Source: Candidatus Magasanikiibacteriota bacterium (lineage in GTDB: Bacteria; Patescibacteriota; Patescibacteriia; Magasanikbacterales; 2-02-FULL-50-9b). Taken from it: DNA of 64,000 bases. Shown here piece by piece: positions 10,108 through 20,512 of the stretch (positions within the stretch are counted from its first letter, which is position 1; each line of letters opens with the position of its first letter). The translations under genes and the position numbers were made by a program. The stretch spans positions 7,680 to 71,679 of the forward strand of contig CALRDW010000003.1 in assembly GCA_943355025.1 (NCBI GenBank), read 5' to 3'. Under the pieces are notes generated by a model, which was given only the letters and a program-made list of their open reading frames with translations, was not told the origin of the DNA and searched no databases.

Positions 10108-11208
10108 ATGCTTCCGAATCCATTTGAAAAACCGCTGCCGAAATTAGAAGAAACAGATCCTCTTAAGAATGAGGAAATTGTTCGGAGCCTGCTCGGTGAG
10201 AAGGGTGTTGAACGATATCGAAAAATTTTAAATCGCACGAAAGTTTCTTCGGGGCCCGACGCGGTGTCTGTCGAAGAGCTCAAAGCGCTCGCAGCAGAAT
10301 TGAATGCGCAGCGATTGGCGAGTAAAAAAGAAACTACAGAGTGGCAGGTTGAACAAATTATTTCAAAGGATTATGAACGACAAATGGTATCTCTTCGCGC
10401 AATCAAATTTCTTAAAAGAAAAGACGGAATTTTAGGTTTAAAAGCTGTTGACGGAGAATTTTATCCAGCTCCATCAGAAAAAGAGATCGTACGATATTTT
10501 ATTTCAATTCCGAATATTAAAGAAAAGATATATCAAGGATTTACGCGACTACTCATTGTTCCGTTCGGGCGCTCGCTTGCTTTTTTGAACAAAAAAACAT
10601 CGGATTTGATTTTAGAGCACGGGGAGGGTGGCAGGCTTTTGAGTGAATCAGGCGAAAAGCTCTCCTTTGATTTGTCAGGACCGGTATACAATCAGTTCAA
10701 CAATGCTTTGTCCCGATATTATTCAGGGTCATTCGCTGTTCCGGGTACGGGAGGCAAACTTAAAACCGATTTTTTATCGGGACCACAAGATGGCATGCCA
10801 TTTCCAGGCTACAACATTATTTTATTGCAAGAAGATTTACATATTCCGAAGGAAGGCGAAGGCGTGACACGAAATGGAAGAAAACAAATTGAAGCGGGGA
10901 AATCAGCAATTGAGTATTTGGAATTATTACAAACAGATCCGCAGTATGCGGGTGAGCGTGGCCTCGCGCCCGAAGATTGGCTCACGTTATTTGCAACGCA
11001 ACTGTATCAGACAAACACTGTTATACATGAAACATCTGCGGCAATGCCGCCCACAGGAACGGCTGCACTTTTGATTGGCAGCGATTATTCACATAATGGA
11101 GATGTTTCGTTTGCACACTGGACTGACCGATTAGGCATGGCAGCAATTATGTTGATGAAGTCGCATCATTCAGGCGAAGGGGTAGGCCTTATAACCGCTG
11201 TCGGATAA
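10108..11208 (+). CDS. DGR-target-like family protein, paralog A
   Basis: Shares MLPNPF, GFTRLLIVPFG, PFPGY, IP.EG.G...GR...EAGKS, GL.PEDWL.LFA and terminal AVG with the 18235 protein. Confidence 0.8.
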   Translation: MLPNPFEKPLPKLEETDPLKNEEIVRSLLGEKGVERYRKILNRTKVSSGPDAVSVEELKALAAELNAQRLASKKETTEWQVEQIISKDYERQMVSLRAIKFLKRKDGILGLKAVDGEFYPAPSEKEIVRYFISIPNIKEKIYQGFTRLLIVPFGRSLAFLNKKTSDLILEHGEGGRLLSESGEKLSFDLSGPVYNQFNNALSRYYSGSFAVPGTGGKLKTDFLSGPQDGMPFPGYNIILLQEDLHIPKEGEGVTRNGRKQIEAGKSAIEYLELLQTDPQYAGERGLAPEDWLTLFATQLYQTNTVIHETSAAMPPTGTAALLIGSDYSHNGDVSFAHWTDRLGMAAIMLMKSHHSGEGVGLITAVG

Positions 11209-11310
11209 TTTTCAATAAAAAAATCCCGACAGAACCCAGAGCAGTGATTAGTCTGATGGTTTCTGTCGGGGAATGAGCGAGCTGTCTTGTTGCTGAGCAG
11301 CAGCGGAATA

Positions 11311-12282
11311 TTACAGTGTAACTTCCATGCTTTGGAACGCATAGTCCGTGCGAATTCCCGTCGTCTCATTGATCGTGCGGACGATCTCTGTGACTTCAGG
11401 AAGCCCGAATTTCGGTTCATGATGCGTTGTGATCACGTGCGTGGTTCTCGCTTCCTCGAATTGTCGCGCCGCAGCCTCGGCCCACATGTGGCCCCAACCT
11501 TTGCGGAATGAAATTCCGTTCGGCATGTGGCCATCGTAAAACCGCTTCGTATACTGCACTTCGCCAATCGTCAGCGTTGCGCGATCACAGAGCCGCAGGA
11601 TTTTTTGATCGAATTCCGGTTTCTCCGGCTCGTGCTCATGGTCGAGAACGAGCGCAAGCACTTTGTCATTGCCAAAGTGAAACCGATATCCATACGCACG
11701 GCCTGGGTGGTTCATGATATCGCAATCCACGACAATGTCGCCGTAGCTCGATGGAATCGTGAACCGTTCGCCGGGACGCACCAGCTGGAACGTGCGTTTG
11801 CACGGCAGCTCGCGGTAATTGATCGGGAATGTTGGCTCAACAAGAATCTGTCGCTGCAGCGTCTCATGAACTGTTTCTTCCCATGTCTCAATCGTGCCGT
11901 CGTGGCTCTCCCGCTTGAAGGTGTGTGTTCCGCCGATGAAGTGCATGTGCGTCTTTGGCGAGAACAACGGGTCAAACGATGGAAGACCGAATGTGTGGTC
12001 GCCGTGCATGTGTGTATACAGCACATTGACGCGCACCTCCCGCCCCCGCATCGTGTATTCCTGCATGATCTCGGCGCCAAAGTTTCGTACACCAGAACCA
12101 GTGTCGCAGATCGTGATTGAGTCGCCATATTCGATTACGATGCACGAGGTGTGGTGGCCGATGCGCTGATCATCACCTTGGAATGAGCCGCGAACACCGA
12201 AGAATCGGATGCGGACAGGTTTCGGGTCAATCTCCGAGCTGATGCGGAGCGAAGTTTCAATTGTTGGACGAATGCGTACCAT
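11311..12282 (-). CDS. MBL-fold metallo-hydrolase
   Basis: GVRGS, DTGSG, THMHGDH, HPG, GWGH and HHEP motifs. Confidence 0.85.
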   Translation of the reverse strand: MVRIRPTIETSLRISSEIDPKPVRIRFFGVRGSFQGDDQRIGHHTSCIVIEYGDSITICDTGSGVRNFGAEIMQEYTMRGREVRVNVLYTHMHGDHTFGLPSFDPLFSPKTHMHFIGGTHTFKRESHDGTIETWEETVHETLQRQILVEPTFPINYRELPCKRTFQLVRPGERFTIPSSYGDIVVDCDIMNHPGRAYGYRFHFGNDKVLALVLDHEHEPEKPEFDQKILRLCDRATLTIGEVQYTKRFYDGHMPNGISFRKGWGHMWAEAAARQFEEARTTHVITTHHEPKFGLPEVTEIVRTINETTGIRTDYAFQSMEVTL

Positions 12283-12410
12283 GGGAGCCTCCCTGCAGTG
12301 CCTTGAGCACTGCTTTGCTTAATTGTTAATGAACAACTGACCACAGCATATCGGTTTGTGCTTTTTGGTACAATGTGTTCTAATAAGCATTAGACAACAC
12401 CATAAAAAAT

Positions 12411-13193
12411 ATGCTTAATTTAGATAAAAAACCACGACAAGTCCTTTTAGATTTAGGTTTATCAGAATCAGAGGTTCAATTGTATGTTTCATTAGTTGAG
12501 CGTGGTGCACTTACGGCACGAGAACTCACGATGCTTACAAAAGCTAAACGCCCAACCGTATATTATGCACTTCGGCAGCTGCAAGATCGAGGATTGGTTA
12601 CAAAAAAAGGATCTCAAAGCACGGAGCGCTTTCAAGCAGAGCCGCCAGAAGCATTGTCAGCCGTGGTTAAAATTCGCCAACAGCGCCTGGCGGCGCTCGC
12701 GAGCGATGTTGAGTCTCTGATTCCAGAGCTCAAAAAAAATGTTGTTGTGCATGAAGGTGCGCCGGGAGTTACATATTATCAGGGGGTTGAAGCAATGAAA
12801 CGGGCCATAATGGATACACTTTATTGTAAAAGTGGAAAGATTGATTCGTTGGCTCCAAGCGATAATTTTTTCTGGCAAGTAGGTCAAGAGTTTTCTGCCG
12901 CGTATATTCATGAGCGTGTTGCGCGGGGCATTTACACACGAAATTTGTGGGAACAGAAGCTCGAACCGAAGATTTTACTCCAATCATATAAGGGCAAGGC
13001 GCAGGTGCGGATTTTGCCCGAACCCATGATTGGAAATTTTCGGACCACAATTTTTCTATATGATCAGGAGGTGATGTATATTTCGAGTTTAGAGAGCGGG
13101 CATGTTCTTGTGGTCAAATCCCGCGAACATCACGAGCTCATGCGGGCGATGTATAACTCGCTCTGGGCGGTATCTCAGATGGTTGAGATATAA
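12411..13193 (+). CDS. TrmB-family transcriptional regulator
   Basis: LGLS..E..LY wHTH, RPTVY..L, YYQGVEAMK. Confidence 0.9.
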   Translation: MLNLDKKPRQVLLDLGLSESEVQLYVSLVERGALTARELTMLTKAKRPTVYYALRQLQDRGLVTKKGSQSTERFQAEPPEALSAVVKIRQQRLAALASDVESLIPELKKNVVVHEGAPGVTYYQGVEAMKRAIMDTLYCKSGKIDSLAPSDNFFWQVGQEFSAAYIHERVARGIYTRNLWEQKLEPKILLQSYKGKAQVRILPEPMIGNFRTTIFLYDQEVMYISSLESGHVLVVKSREHHELMRAMYNSLWAVSQMVEI

Positions 13194-13327
13194 GGTCAAG
13201 TCCACGCTTGACAAATTTAGGTTTTTTACGTATATTACTTAAGCTGTTTAATGCAGGTAGCATTAGGCAATTCTCAACTTGATAGTCCTACACTATCAAA
13301 TTACCGCATGTTCGAGGAGATTTCATA

Positions 13328-13819
13328 ATGGAAAAACCCAATCGGCGTCCTAGTAGCCCATCACGAATTTTCGTGGTGCCTCCAATCATCACGCTGGCTG
13401 CACCACCCCCGCCGCCTGCACCCGATCCGCTTGAACGGATAACTGCTCCACGCGGTTGTCGTCCGCATATCCCGGCGCTGCGCGCCTTGATGGCGTACCA
13501 CAACAGCGGTGAAAAGTATGTCACTGCGGAGGATGTGCAGGATTGGCTTGCGCATCAAGATGACAAAATCATCACGTCTGTTGAGGCGCAAACACGGAGC
13601 CTGCTCGGTCTCCGCGCGGCAGGGTTCGTGACTGTGCCGTCAAAAGCAGAGCTTTCGCACGCTCGCATCGCGGCGTCAGATCGGATGTACTTCCGCGCGA
13701 CTCAGACCTTGTTGACGCTTCTCGAACGTACACGCTATGCTCCTGCCCTGACGCATTCGCGCGGCGGCATGTCGTCCACGCGTGCGTTTGCAGTGAATAC
13801 ATCGGCGGCGGCTCGGTAA
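13328..13819 (+). CDS. Hypothetical protein, Pro-rich N-terminus
   Basis: TTGACA-17-TATATT promoter (13208-13236) and SD GAGGAG. Confidence 0.6.
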   Translation: MEKPNRRPSSPSRIFVVPPIITLAAPPPPPAPDPLERITAPRGCRPHIPALRALMAYHNSGEKYVTAEDVQDWLAHQDDKIITSVEAQTRSLLGLRAAGFVTVPSKAELSHARIAASDRMYFRATQTLLTLLERTRYAPALTHSRGGMSSTRAFAVNTSAAAR

Positions 13820-13924
13820 CCCCGTGTTGGCAGCTTCAGGCCAAGAACAAGCCCGTCGATCCGTAGTATGTGTAAAAACTACTATGGGTCGACGGGCTTC
13901 ATTTTTTTCCCTATACTTGCACCT

Positions 13925-15319
13925 ATGTCCACCACTCGACTCGTTGCTAAAAATACACTGTTCCAAATTCTTGGGAAAGGTGTCTCAACTGTGCTCGGCA
14001 TTGCTGCCGTTGCTTTAGTAACCCGCGCACTTGGCGCAGCGGGATACGGTTATTACACAACCGTAATTACTTTTTTATCATTTTTTGGAATCGTTGCTGA
14101 TTTAGGTTTAACACTTATCACCGCACAGATGATTTCTGAACAGGGTGCGGATGAGCCGCGGATTGTGCGGAGTATCTTTACGTTTCGAGTTGTTACCGCG
14201 CTCGTGCTTTTTAGTGTTGCGCCTCTTGTTGCTCATTTTACAAATTATCCCGATGTGGTTAAGTGGGGGATCGCGCTTACAGCCGCGTCTTTTTTCTTTG
14301 TAAGTTTGCAACAAACATTGGTGGGAATTTTTCAGAAACATTTGGTCATGCATTTTCCAATGATGTCGGAGGTTGTTGGTCGCGCCGCACTTCTCGGTGT
14401 TACGATTTATGCAGTTGCGTTTGGGAAAAATTTGCTGTGGTTTTTAGGCGCGGTTGTTATTGGAAACATCTGTAATTTTTTGCTCGTTATTTTTTTTTCA
14501 CGACGGTTTGTTCATCTTGGATTTGAATGGGACACAAAAATTATTCGTGAGATGCTGCATAGATCTTTACCGATCGCGATTTCAATCGTATTCAATCTCG
14601 TGTATCTCAAGGCCGACACATTAATTTTATCAGCCGTGCGATCGCCCGCTGAAGTCGGATTATATGGCGCAGCATATCGCGTCATAGATATTTTAATAAT
14701 GATTCCCGTCATGATGATGGGTGTTATTTTGCCGATAGCAGCGGCTGCGTGGAGCAGTCGTGATTCGGCACGCATGTCGCGGATCATTCAAAAAACTTTT
14801 GATGTGTTTGTGATTTACGCGCTGCCGTTTTTAGTTGGCGGTTGGTTGCTCGCGCCGCGCATTATGTCGTTGATCGCAGGCGATGATTTTGCTGGTGCAG
14901 GCGCACCACTGCGAATTTTACTTTTAGCATTTGTTGCTGCAACGTCGAGCACTTTATTCGGTCACACAATTGTTGCGCTGCAAAAACAACGGAGTGTTAT
15001 TTGGGTGTATGGTGTTGATGCCGTGCTATCACTCGCCGCATATCTCTTTTTTATTCCGCGTTTCGGCATGACTGGCGCTGCGTGGGCAACGTTCGGCTCG
15101 GAATTGTTTGCTGCGATTATTTTGGCAACAGTTGTTATTCGTACAACGCGTGTTACCATTGCGCTTGATGTGCTGATTCGTGTAGCCCTTGCTTCGGCTG
15201 TAATGGCACTCGCGCTTGAATTGGCAGGCGATCTGTCAGCGATCGTTTCGATTTTAATTGGTGGTGGCATGTACTGTGCAACACTTATGCTTCTTGGTAT
15301 ACACAAAAAAATTCTATGA
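13925..15319 (+). CDS. Wzx-like polysaccharide flippase
   Basis: Multi-pass membrane protein; TRALG..GYG, DLGL and EVGLYGAAYR motifs. Confidence 0.88.
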   Translation: MSTTRLVAKNTLFQILGKGVSTVLGIAAVALVTRALGAAGYGYYTTVITFLSFFGIVADLGLTLITAQMISEQGADEPRIVRSIFTFRVVTALVLFSVAPLVAHFTNYPDVVKWGIALTAASFFFVSLQQTLVGIFQKHLVMHFPMMSEVVGRAALLGVTIYAVAFGKNLLWFLGAVVIGNICNFLLVIFFSRRFVHLGFEWDTKIIREMLHRSLPIAISIVFNLVYLKADTLILSAVRSPAEVGLYGAAYRVIDILIMIPVMMMGVILPIAAAAWSSRDSARMSRIIQKTFDVFVIYALPFLVGGWLLAPRIMSLIAGDDFAGAGAPLRILLLAFVAATSSTLFGHTIVALQKQRSVIWVYGVDAVLSLAAYLFFIPRFGMTGAAWATFGSELFAAIILATVVIRTTRVTIALDVLIRVALASAVMALALELAGDLSAIVSILIGGGMYCATLMLLGIHKKIL

Positions 15320-16548
15320 ATATTATGTGGCGCGCGATTCTCGCTGCAATTGTTTTAACACCGACATATCTAATTCGTTTTCGTATTTTTGGTTTTCCAA
15401 CCACGGTTTTTGAAATTATAATTCTTGCGCTTGCTGCTGCAACGTGTGTTCATGCGAGTTACTATCCGTCTGTGCGACGTGCGTACAAAGAGAAGTTTTT
15501 ATCTTTGTCGCCCGTGTTTGTTGGCGCATGTGGAGCATTCATTATCGCAGGGTGTATTTCAGTTTTTGTTGCGCCGGACATTCGTGCCGCACTCGGCATT
15601 TGGCGCGCATATATTATTGAAGCGATTTTGTTTGGCATTATTGTGTGGCTTAATTTAGAACGCGAAGAGCAGTTGCGAGAAATTGCAATTGCTCTTTCCA
15701 TCACGACATTTATTGTTGCTGCATATGCAGTTGTTCAAAAGTTTACGGGTTGGGGAATTCCGAATCCATTTTGGCGCGCAGCTGCTACGCGTAGAGTCAC
15801 GTCTTTTTTTGGATATCCAAACGCGGTTGGTTTGTATGTTGAACTTACAATTCCGTTTTTAATTGCACTCGCGGTGATAACAAAAAAACGTGCGCTGCGT
15901 TTGTGGTGTTTGTGTGTTGCGCTGCTTGCTGCAGCGGCATTTATTTTTGCTGAATCATCCGGAGCGCTTGCGGCGCTGTGCGTTGCAGCGGGAGTCCTTG
16001 GTATTCTTGCGCGTCGAACACGGTGGTGGACAATTGCGTTCGCAATTATTTTTGCGGCTGTAATTGTAGTGTCACCATATCGTCAAAAGTTCGCGGACGA
16101 ATTTTTGCTTCAAGGATTTTCTGGACGACTCCGCACACAGATGTGGAAGGAAACTGTCGTCATGCTTAAGGAGCGGCCGCTCCAGGGCGCAGGGTTTGCG
16201 GGGTATCAAGCGCGCGTTAAACCGTATCATGTTTTTAAGTGGGCGGAAATTTATTTGTATCCGCACAATCTCGCACTCACACTCTGGAGCGAACTCGGAG
16301 TGCTCGGTGTAATTTCATTTACAATGATTTTTATTTTACTTGTGCGTTGGTTAACGGAAGCCTATTGTTCCAAGCGTTCAGCCACGTATCACATCTGGGC
16401 ATCTGCGCTCATTGCAGAGCTCATAATTATTAGTGTGCACGGTCTTGTTGATATTCCATATTTTAAAAATGACCTGAGTGCTTTGTTTTGGCTTTTGGTT
16501 GCAATAGTGCTGTGGCTTCGGTATAGTAGAAGTTCTCTTGAGAACTAA
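15316..16548 (+). CDS. O-antigen ligase/polymerase family protein
   Basis: R..SFFGYPNA, R.QMW..P..G.G and YPHN..L..WSELG motifs. Confidence 0.88.
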   Translation: MNIMWRAILAAIVLTPTYLIRFRIFGFPTTVFEIIILALAAATCVHASYYPSVRRAYKEKFLSLSPVFVGACGAFIIAGCISVFVAPDIRAALGIWRAYIIEAILFGIIVWLNLEREEQLREIAIALSITTFIVAAYAVVQKFTGWGIPNPFWRAAATRRVTSFFGYPNAVGLYVELTIPFLIALAVITKKRALRLWCLCVALLAAAAFIFAESSGALAALCVAAGVLGILARRTRWWTIAFAIIFAAVIVVSPYRQKFADEFLLQGFSGRLRTQMWKETVVMLKERPLQGAGFAGYQARVKPYHVFKWAEIYLYPHNLALTLWSELGVLGVISFTMIFILLVRWLTEAYCSKRSATYHIWASALIAELIIISVHGLVDIPYFKNDLSALFWLLVAIVLWLRYSRSSLEN

Positions 16549-16552
16549 AAAC

Positions 16553-18013
16553 ATGCTGATTCGTAAAATTTTTGTTTCACTGGCCATGATCGGATTGCTT
16601 TTTGGCAACCCTCTTTTTTCATTTGCAGCAACAACTAAAAAAACGACGCAGACAGCAGTAAAGAAATCTGCGATAAAAAAAACCACAACAAAAAAACCAC
16701 AGCAAAAAATAGTTCCGAAGCAAAAAGAAAAAATAAATCCACGCCGTGCAAATCTTCTTATTTTGAGTGAACATGATGTGCATATTTCTCCGGGCGAAGG
16801 TGTTTCTGTGCGTGTTGGTTTTAAAAATAGTGGTTCGACAGCATGGGGTGTGCGGGAACTTCGCGCCGCTACGGGCAGCGATACAACAATTTTTTCTGAT
16901 GTGAGTTGGCCATCGACAACAACACTTGCGCGTGACGATGGGAGCCCACTTGCAGCAGGACGTCTCGAATTTTACGATTTTATCGTTCGCGCTCCAGACC
17001 AACCTGGAGCATACTTACTTCGCGCTTCGCTATATGCAGATGGGCTTGTTGTGAATGGTGGAGATATTTCTTTACCAATTACGGTTGAAATTCAGGAAAG
17101 CGTAGTACCAACAAGCACGGCGGAGATTGTGCAGCTTCCTCATGAACCAAACATTCGTGTTGCGCTCGGAAAAATCGAGGGTGGAATTTTAGTGCGCACC
17201 GTTGGAGAATATGATTTAAAAACGCTTGATGGAACTGAAATTTTATCTGTGCCTGATGGCGCGAAATTATTGTGGGAGTTTGACCGCGTTTCAAAAGGAT
17301 TCATGGTTACGTATCAAGGAACCCCGTATACGACCGCGACGGCATTCAGATTACAACCGCGGACGCTCGACGGGCGCGTTATTATTCACGATCGCGAAGA
17401 CAGACCGTCGTGGAATGGTTCAATAAATTATAATGATTATCGTGGAGCACTCGAGGTGCAGTGGAGCGATAAAATTCCAGGACTATGGCTCATTAATGAA
17501 TTACCCATGGAGTCGTATGTGCGCGGCTTGATTGAGACAGGAAATTCGGATCCGATTGAATTACAGAAAGCGATTTATACAGCCGCGCGCTCTTACGCAT
17601 ATGTGCAGCTGCCCGATGGCGTGCATTATATTTCGCGTATGTGGGACGTTCATGCGGTGTGGGATCAATATTACAAAGGATACGCTGCGGAAAAAAGTAA
17701 TCCGCACGGCATGCAAGCGATTGAAGAAACGCGCGGGCAGGTTGTTGAGTATCAGGGGAAGCCGGTTGTCACGCCATATTTTACTCAATCAAATGGTACA
17801 ACGAAAACATGGAAAGAGGCGTGGGGTGGAACTAATAAGCCATGGCTTATTCCTGTTGACGCGAAATATGATCATGGTCGGAAGATGTGGGGGCATGGTG
17901 TTGGTATGAGTAATCATGACGCAAAGCAGCGTGCGAAACTCGATGGGTGGAGCTTTGAGCAAATTTTGAAACATTATTATACGGGAGTTGAGCTTGCGCG
18001 TGTTTACGAATAG
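16553..18013 (+). CDS. Secreted SpoIID/LytB-domain protein with N-terminal Ig-like domain
   Basis: Signal peptide; INELPMESYVRG, ARSYA, GHGVGMS and ILKHYYTG motifs. Confidence 0.85.
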   Translation: MLIRKIFVSLAMIGLLFGNPLFSFAATTKKTTQTAVKKSAIKKTTTKKPQQKIVPKQKEKINPRRANLLILSEHDVHISPGEGVSVRVGFKNSGSTAWGVRELRAATGSDTTIFSDVSWPSTTTLARDDGSPLAAGRLEFYDFIVRAPDQPGAYLLRASLYADGLVVNGGDISLPITVEIQESVVPTSTAEIVQLPHEPNIRVALGKIEGGILVRTVGEYDLKTLDGTEILSVPDGAKLLWEFDRVSKGFMVTYQGTPYTTATAFRLQPRTLDGRVIIHDREDRPSWNGSINYNDYRGALEVQWSDKIPGLWLINELPMESYVRGLIETGNSDPIELQKAIYTAARSYAYVQLPDGVHYISRMWDVHAVWDQYYKGYAAEKSNPHGMQAIEETRGQVVEYQGKPVVTPYFTQSNGTTKTWKEAWGGTNKPWLIPVDAKYDHGRKMWGHGVGMSNHDAKQRAKLDGWSFEQILKHYYTGVELARVYE

Positions 18014-18025
18014 CACAAAACAGTT

Positions 18026-18234
18026 GATTCAACTTACGCTCAAAAAGAATAAATGATACTTCTCAGGGAGAGATAAACAATACATCTTTCTCCGTCACAT
18101 CAGCATTTCAAAAATCTTCCGCTCAGGCTAAAATAAAAAATAGATGTCTCTCCGGGGGAGATAAACAGGAACTCCCGTCGAAGTAATAGTTTTTACTTTT
18201 GGGTATACGTTCATTCAGGTGTTATACTACTCCC
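18026..18234 (+). repeat. Conserved palindromic element, copy B (tandem/degenerate) plus leaderless promoter
   Basis: Two core copies (about 18063 and 18151); right arm nearly identical to copy D; TATACT 18223-18228, ATG 18235. Confidence 0.8.
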
Positions 18235-19437
18235 ATGCTTCCTAATCCTTTTCAAAAACAACTACCAGAGTTTAAAGACACAGACCCTCTTAAGAACAGA
18301 GAGATTGTTAGAGAACTCCTCGGACCAGAGGGAGTACATAAATATAGAAAGATTCTCGGAGATAATTCGGATTCTAATTTAAAGCGTCAGAAAGAAGTTT
18401 CTAAAGAAGATCTCCTTGCCATGGCAGCAGAAGCTCGCTCTAAAATAGATACTCTGTCCAGAGACTCAGTAAAGCCACTCATCGAGAGACTCGTGGAGCG
18501 CCAATACAACTCTCAGATCCAATCTCTGCAAGAGATTGGATTCCTAGAACCTCTCGTACCACAAAAAAAGAAAAGCTTTACCTTTTTCAAATCAAAAGAA
18601 CCAGAAGAAACTACACCAGAGAAACTAGGAGCTACAGACATCCTCGGTACCTTCCGAGAAGTCCCCTCAGAGGAAGCCATCAAAAATCACTTCCTCTCCA
18701 TTCCTAACATCAAACAAAAGATAGATCAAGGATTCACACGGCTTCTCATTGTTCCCTTTGGAACATCCCTCGACACCCTCCGTTCTAAAACAGGAGAACT
18801 TATCAAGAAGCATAAGAAAGCAAACAAACTTCTTGCAGAGGATGGAAGCAGTTTAGAACTCGACACTGCAACACCACTCTGGGCATGGGACGGCTATAAC
18901 AACGCAGACAAGTCAGGAGCGCTCGTTTATTATCCAGAGCACTTTGATAAAGAAAATCACAATGGTACAACCAAAACAGAACTTCTCTCAGGAGCTCAAC
19001 CAAGTCAAGCAAACTCTTCCACACCAAACACCAATCCATTCCCCGGCTACCGTATTCTTCTTATTCAGGAAGACACACAGATTCCACGAGAAGGAAAGGG
19101 AACAGCAAAAGCAGGGAGAGACAGTTTAGAAGCAGGTAAGTCTCCAAACGACTACTTAGAACTTCTTAAAACAGATCAGAGCTATTCTAAAGAACTCGGC
19201 CTCACTCCAGAAGACTGGCTTACTCTCTTTGCAACGAATCTCACAGAGAAGAACAAGGTTATCAATGACTGGCAGTCTAATAAAGACAGTATTAATTATC
19301 TAGTTGGTAGTTATTTCCCTGGTTCTGACCGCGTCCCGCGCGCGTACTGGGGCCGTGGCGGTCGGCGGGCGCGCTTGGACAGGGGCGGGCCGGCGGGTGT
19401 GAGCGGGGATTTTGGCGTTGCTGGCGCGGTGGGGTAG
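18235..19437 (+). CDS. Putative DGR target protein (CLec-like C-terminal variable region), paralog B
   Basis: C-terminus S..VP.A.W......A.L....P......GV..AV with A-depleted NNC/NNT codons. Confidence 0.8.
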   Translation: MLPNPFQKQLPEFKDTDPLKNREIVRELLGPEGVHKYRKILGDNSDSNLKRQKEVSKEDLLAMAAEARSKIDTLSRDSVKPLIERLVERQYNSQIQSLQEIGFLEPLVPQKKKSFTFFKSKEPEETTPEKLGATDILGTFREVPSEEAIKNHFLSIPNIKQKIDQGFTRLLIVPFGTSLDTLRSKTGELIKKHKKANKLLAEDGSSLELDTATPLWAWDGYNNADKSGALVYYPEHFDKENHNGTTKTELLSGAQPSQANSSTPNTNPFPGYRILLIQEDTQIPREGKGTAKAGRDSLEAGKSPNDYLELLKTDQSYSKELGLTPEDWLTLFATNLTEKNKVINDWQSNKDSINYLVGSYFPGSDRVPRAYWGRGGRRARLDRGGPAGVSGDFGVAGAVG

Positions 19438-19510
19438 AACCCCTTGGCCCCTTACTCCTTTTTTGTCTCCTTACTAAACCGGTGAAAAGTAACGTACCTC
19501 GGAGTACGTG
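19321..19510 (+). other. Putative DGR variable region, IMH-like pyrimidine tract and small hairpin
   Basis: 7 A in 117 nt (19321-19437); CCCTT-type repeats after the stop; ACGTAC/GTACGT stem 19492-19509. Confidence 0.7.
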
Positions 19511-19662
19511 CTCCGGAGAAATCGAGCAACTCACAACGATGCTCCTTGGTGCTTCACACAGTGAAATACCAGCATTGAGTAGTGAGAATAAAAGCAATTA
19601 TAATCCCCCACCGGTCCGTTACGGGCTCTTTTTGCGGTTCGATGATTTTAAAACGTGTTGGC

Positions 19663-20232
19663 CTAAACCGAGTTGTGTCGCTCCAGGTCTGTTCCGCCAG
19701 CAGCGTGGTATTTGCGATCTTCTTCGGAGAGCTCCATGAGCTCGCGACGCAATTCGTGCGGCATTGGGATTGCGTCGAATTTAAAATGTGCCTGTTCAGC
19801 AGCTGTTTCGAGCTGAAGTCTTCCGTAGTTGAATATTGTTGCAACAATTCCATTTACCTCGCTCGTGGCGTCCTGTATTTTATAGAGATCGAGTTCGGAA
19901 ACTTCGCGCGAGAATAGATTTTTTTGGGAAACTTCAACCAGGCGATCATTAGTAATGATGATCATGTCGAGATAATAGATGAGAAAGCTCGCATAAAAAA
20001 AGAGCGCAATCGACAACTCGTATATGCTGATGGCAACAATGACAAGTGTCCACGCAGCAGGCTGCACAGCGATTGTGTCTGTCGTGGCGGGAGAAATTAT
20101 ATAATACGCAAAGGGAATCGCAGCGAGAACGAGATGTGTGAGAATCGTTGGAATATAGGTAACCCAATGGCGGCGAACCACATGGAGAATTTTTTCGTAA
20201 TCTTTGCGGTTGATGAGTTCATCAAGTTTCAT
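19663..20232 (-). CDS. Membrane protein with bacterial PH (bPH_2-like) domain
   Basis: RRHW, two TM helices, IITNDRL..KIQD..FNYG.L.LETA. Confidence 0.75.
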   Translation of the reverse strand: MKLDELINRKDYEKILHVVRRHWVTYIPTILTHLVLAAIPFAYYIISPATTDTIAVQPAAWTLVIVAISIYELSIALFFYASFLIYYLDMIIITNDRLVEVSQKNLFSREVSELDLYKIQDATSEVNGIVATIFNYGRLQLETAAEQAHFKFDAIPMPHELRRELMELSEEDRKYHAAGGTDLERHNSV

Positions 20233-20494
20233 AGGTTGGTGCTTCAATGGAAACCACGCCGGCTGGGCCGAAGAATACAAAACGTGCTCCAAGATCAACG
20301 CGTGCGAGTTGAATAACGGACAATCCGATTATCACGAAGCACCACACGCACATAATACTGGTTACGAGGAGCGCGGGGCGGGTAAATGTGCCGGTTGAGT
20401 ATAAATGGTAGGCGTTCGCGTACGACACAAGCAAAAAGAAAATCAAAAAAAGTGCGTAGACCGCGAGAATGACCATGTAGGGTAATGCAAACAT
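20222..20494 (-). CDS. Small membrane protein
   Basis: Two hydrophobic helices; TAAAAT-6-ATG start; adjacent to ruvB. Confidence 0.6.
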   Translation of the reverse strand: MFALPYMVILAVYALFLIFFLLVSYANAYHLYSTGTFTRPALLVTSIMCVWCFVIIGLSVIQLARVDLGARFVFFGPAGVVSIEAPTYET

Positions 20495-20512
20495 GTATTT
20501 ATTTTACACGAG

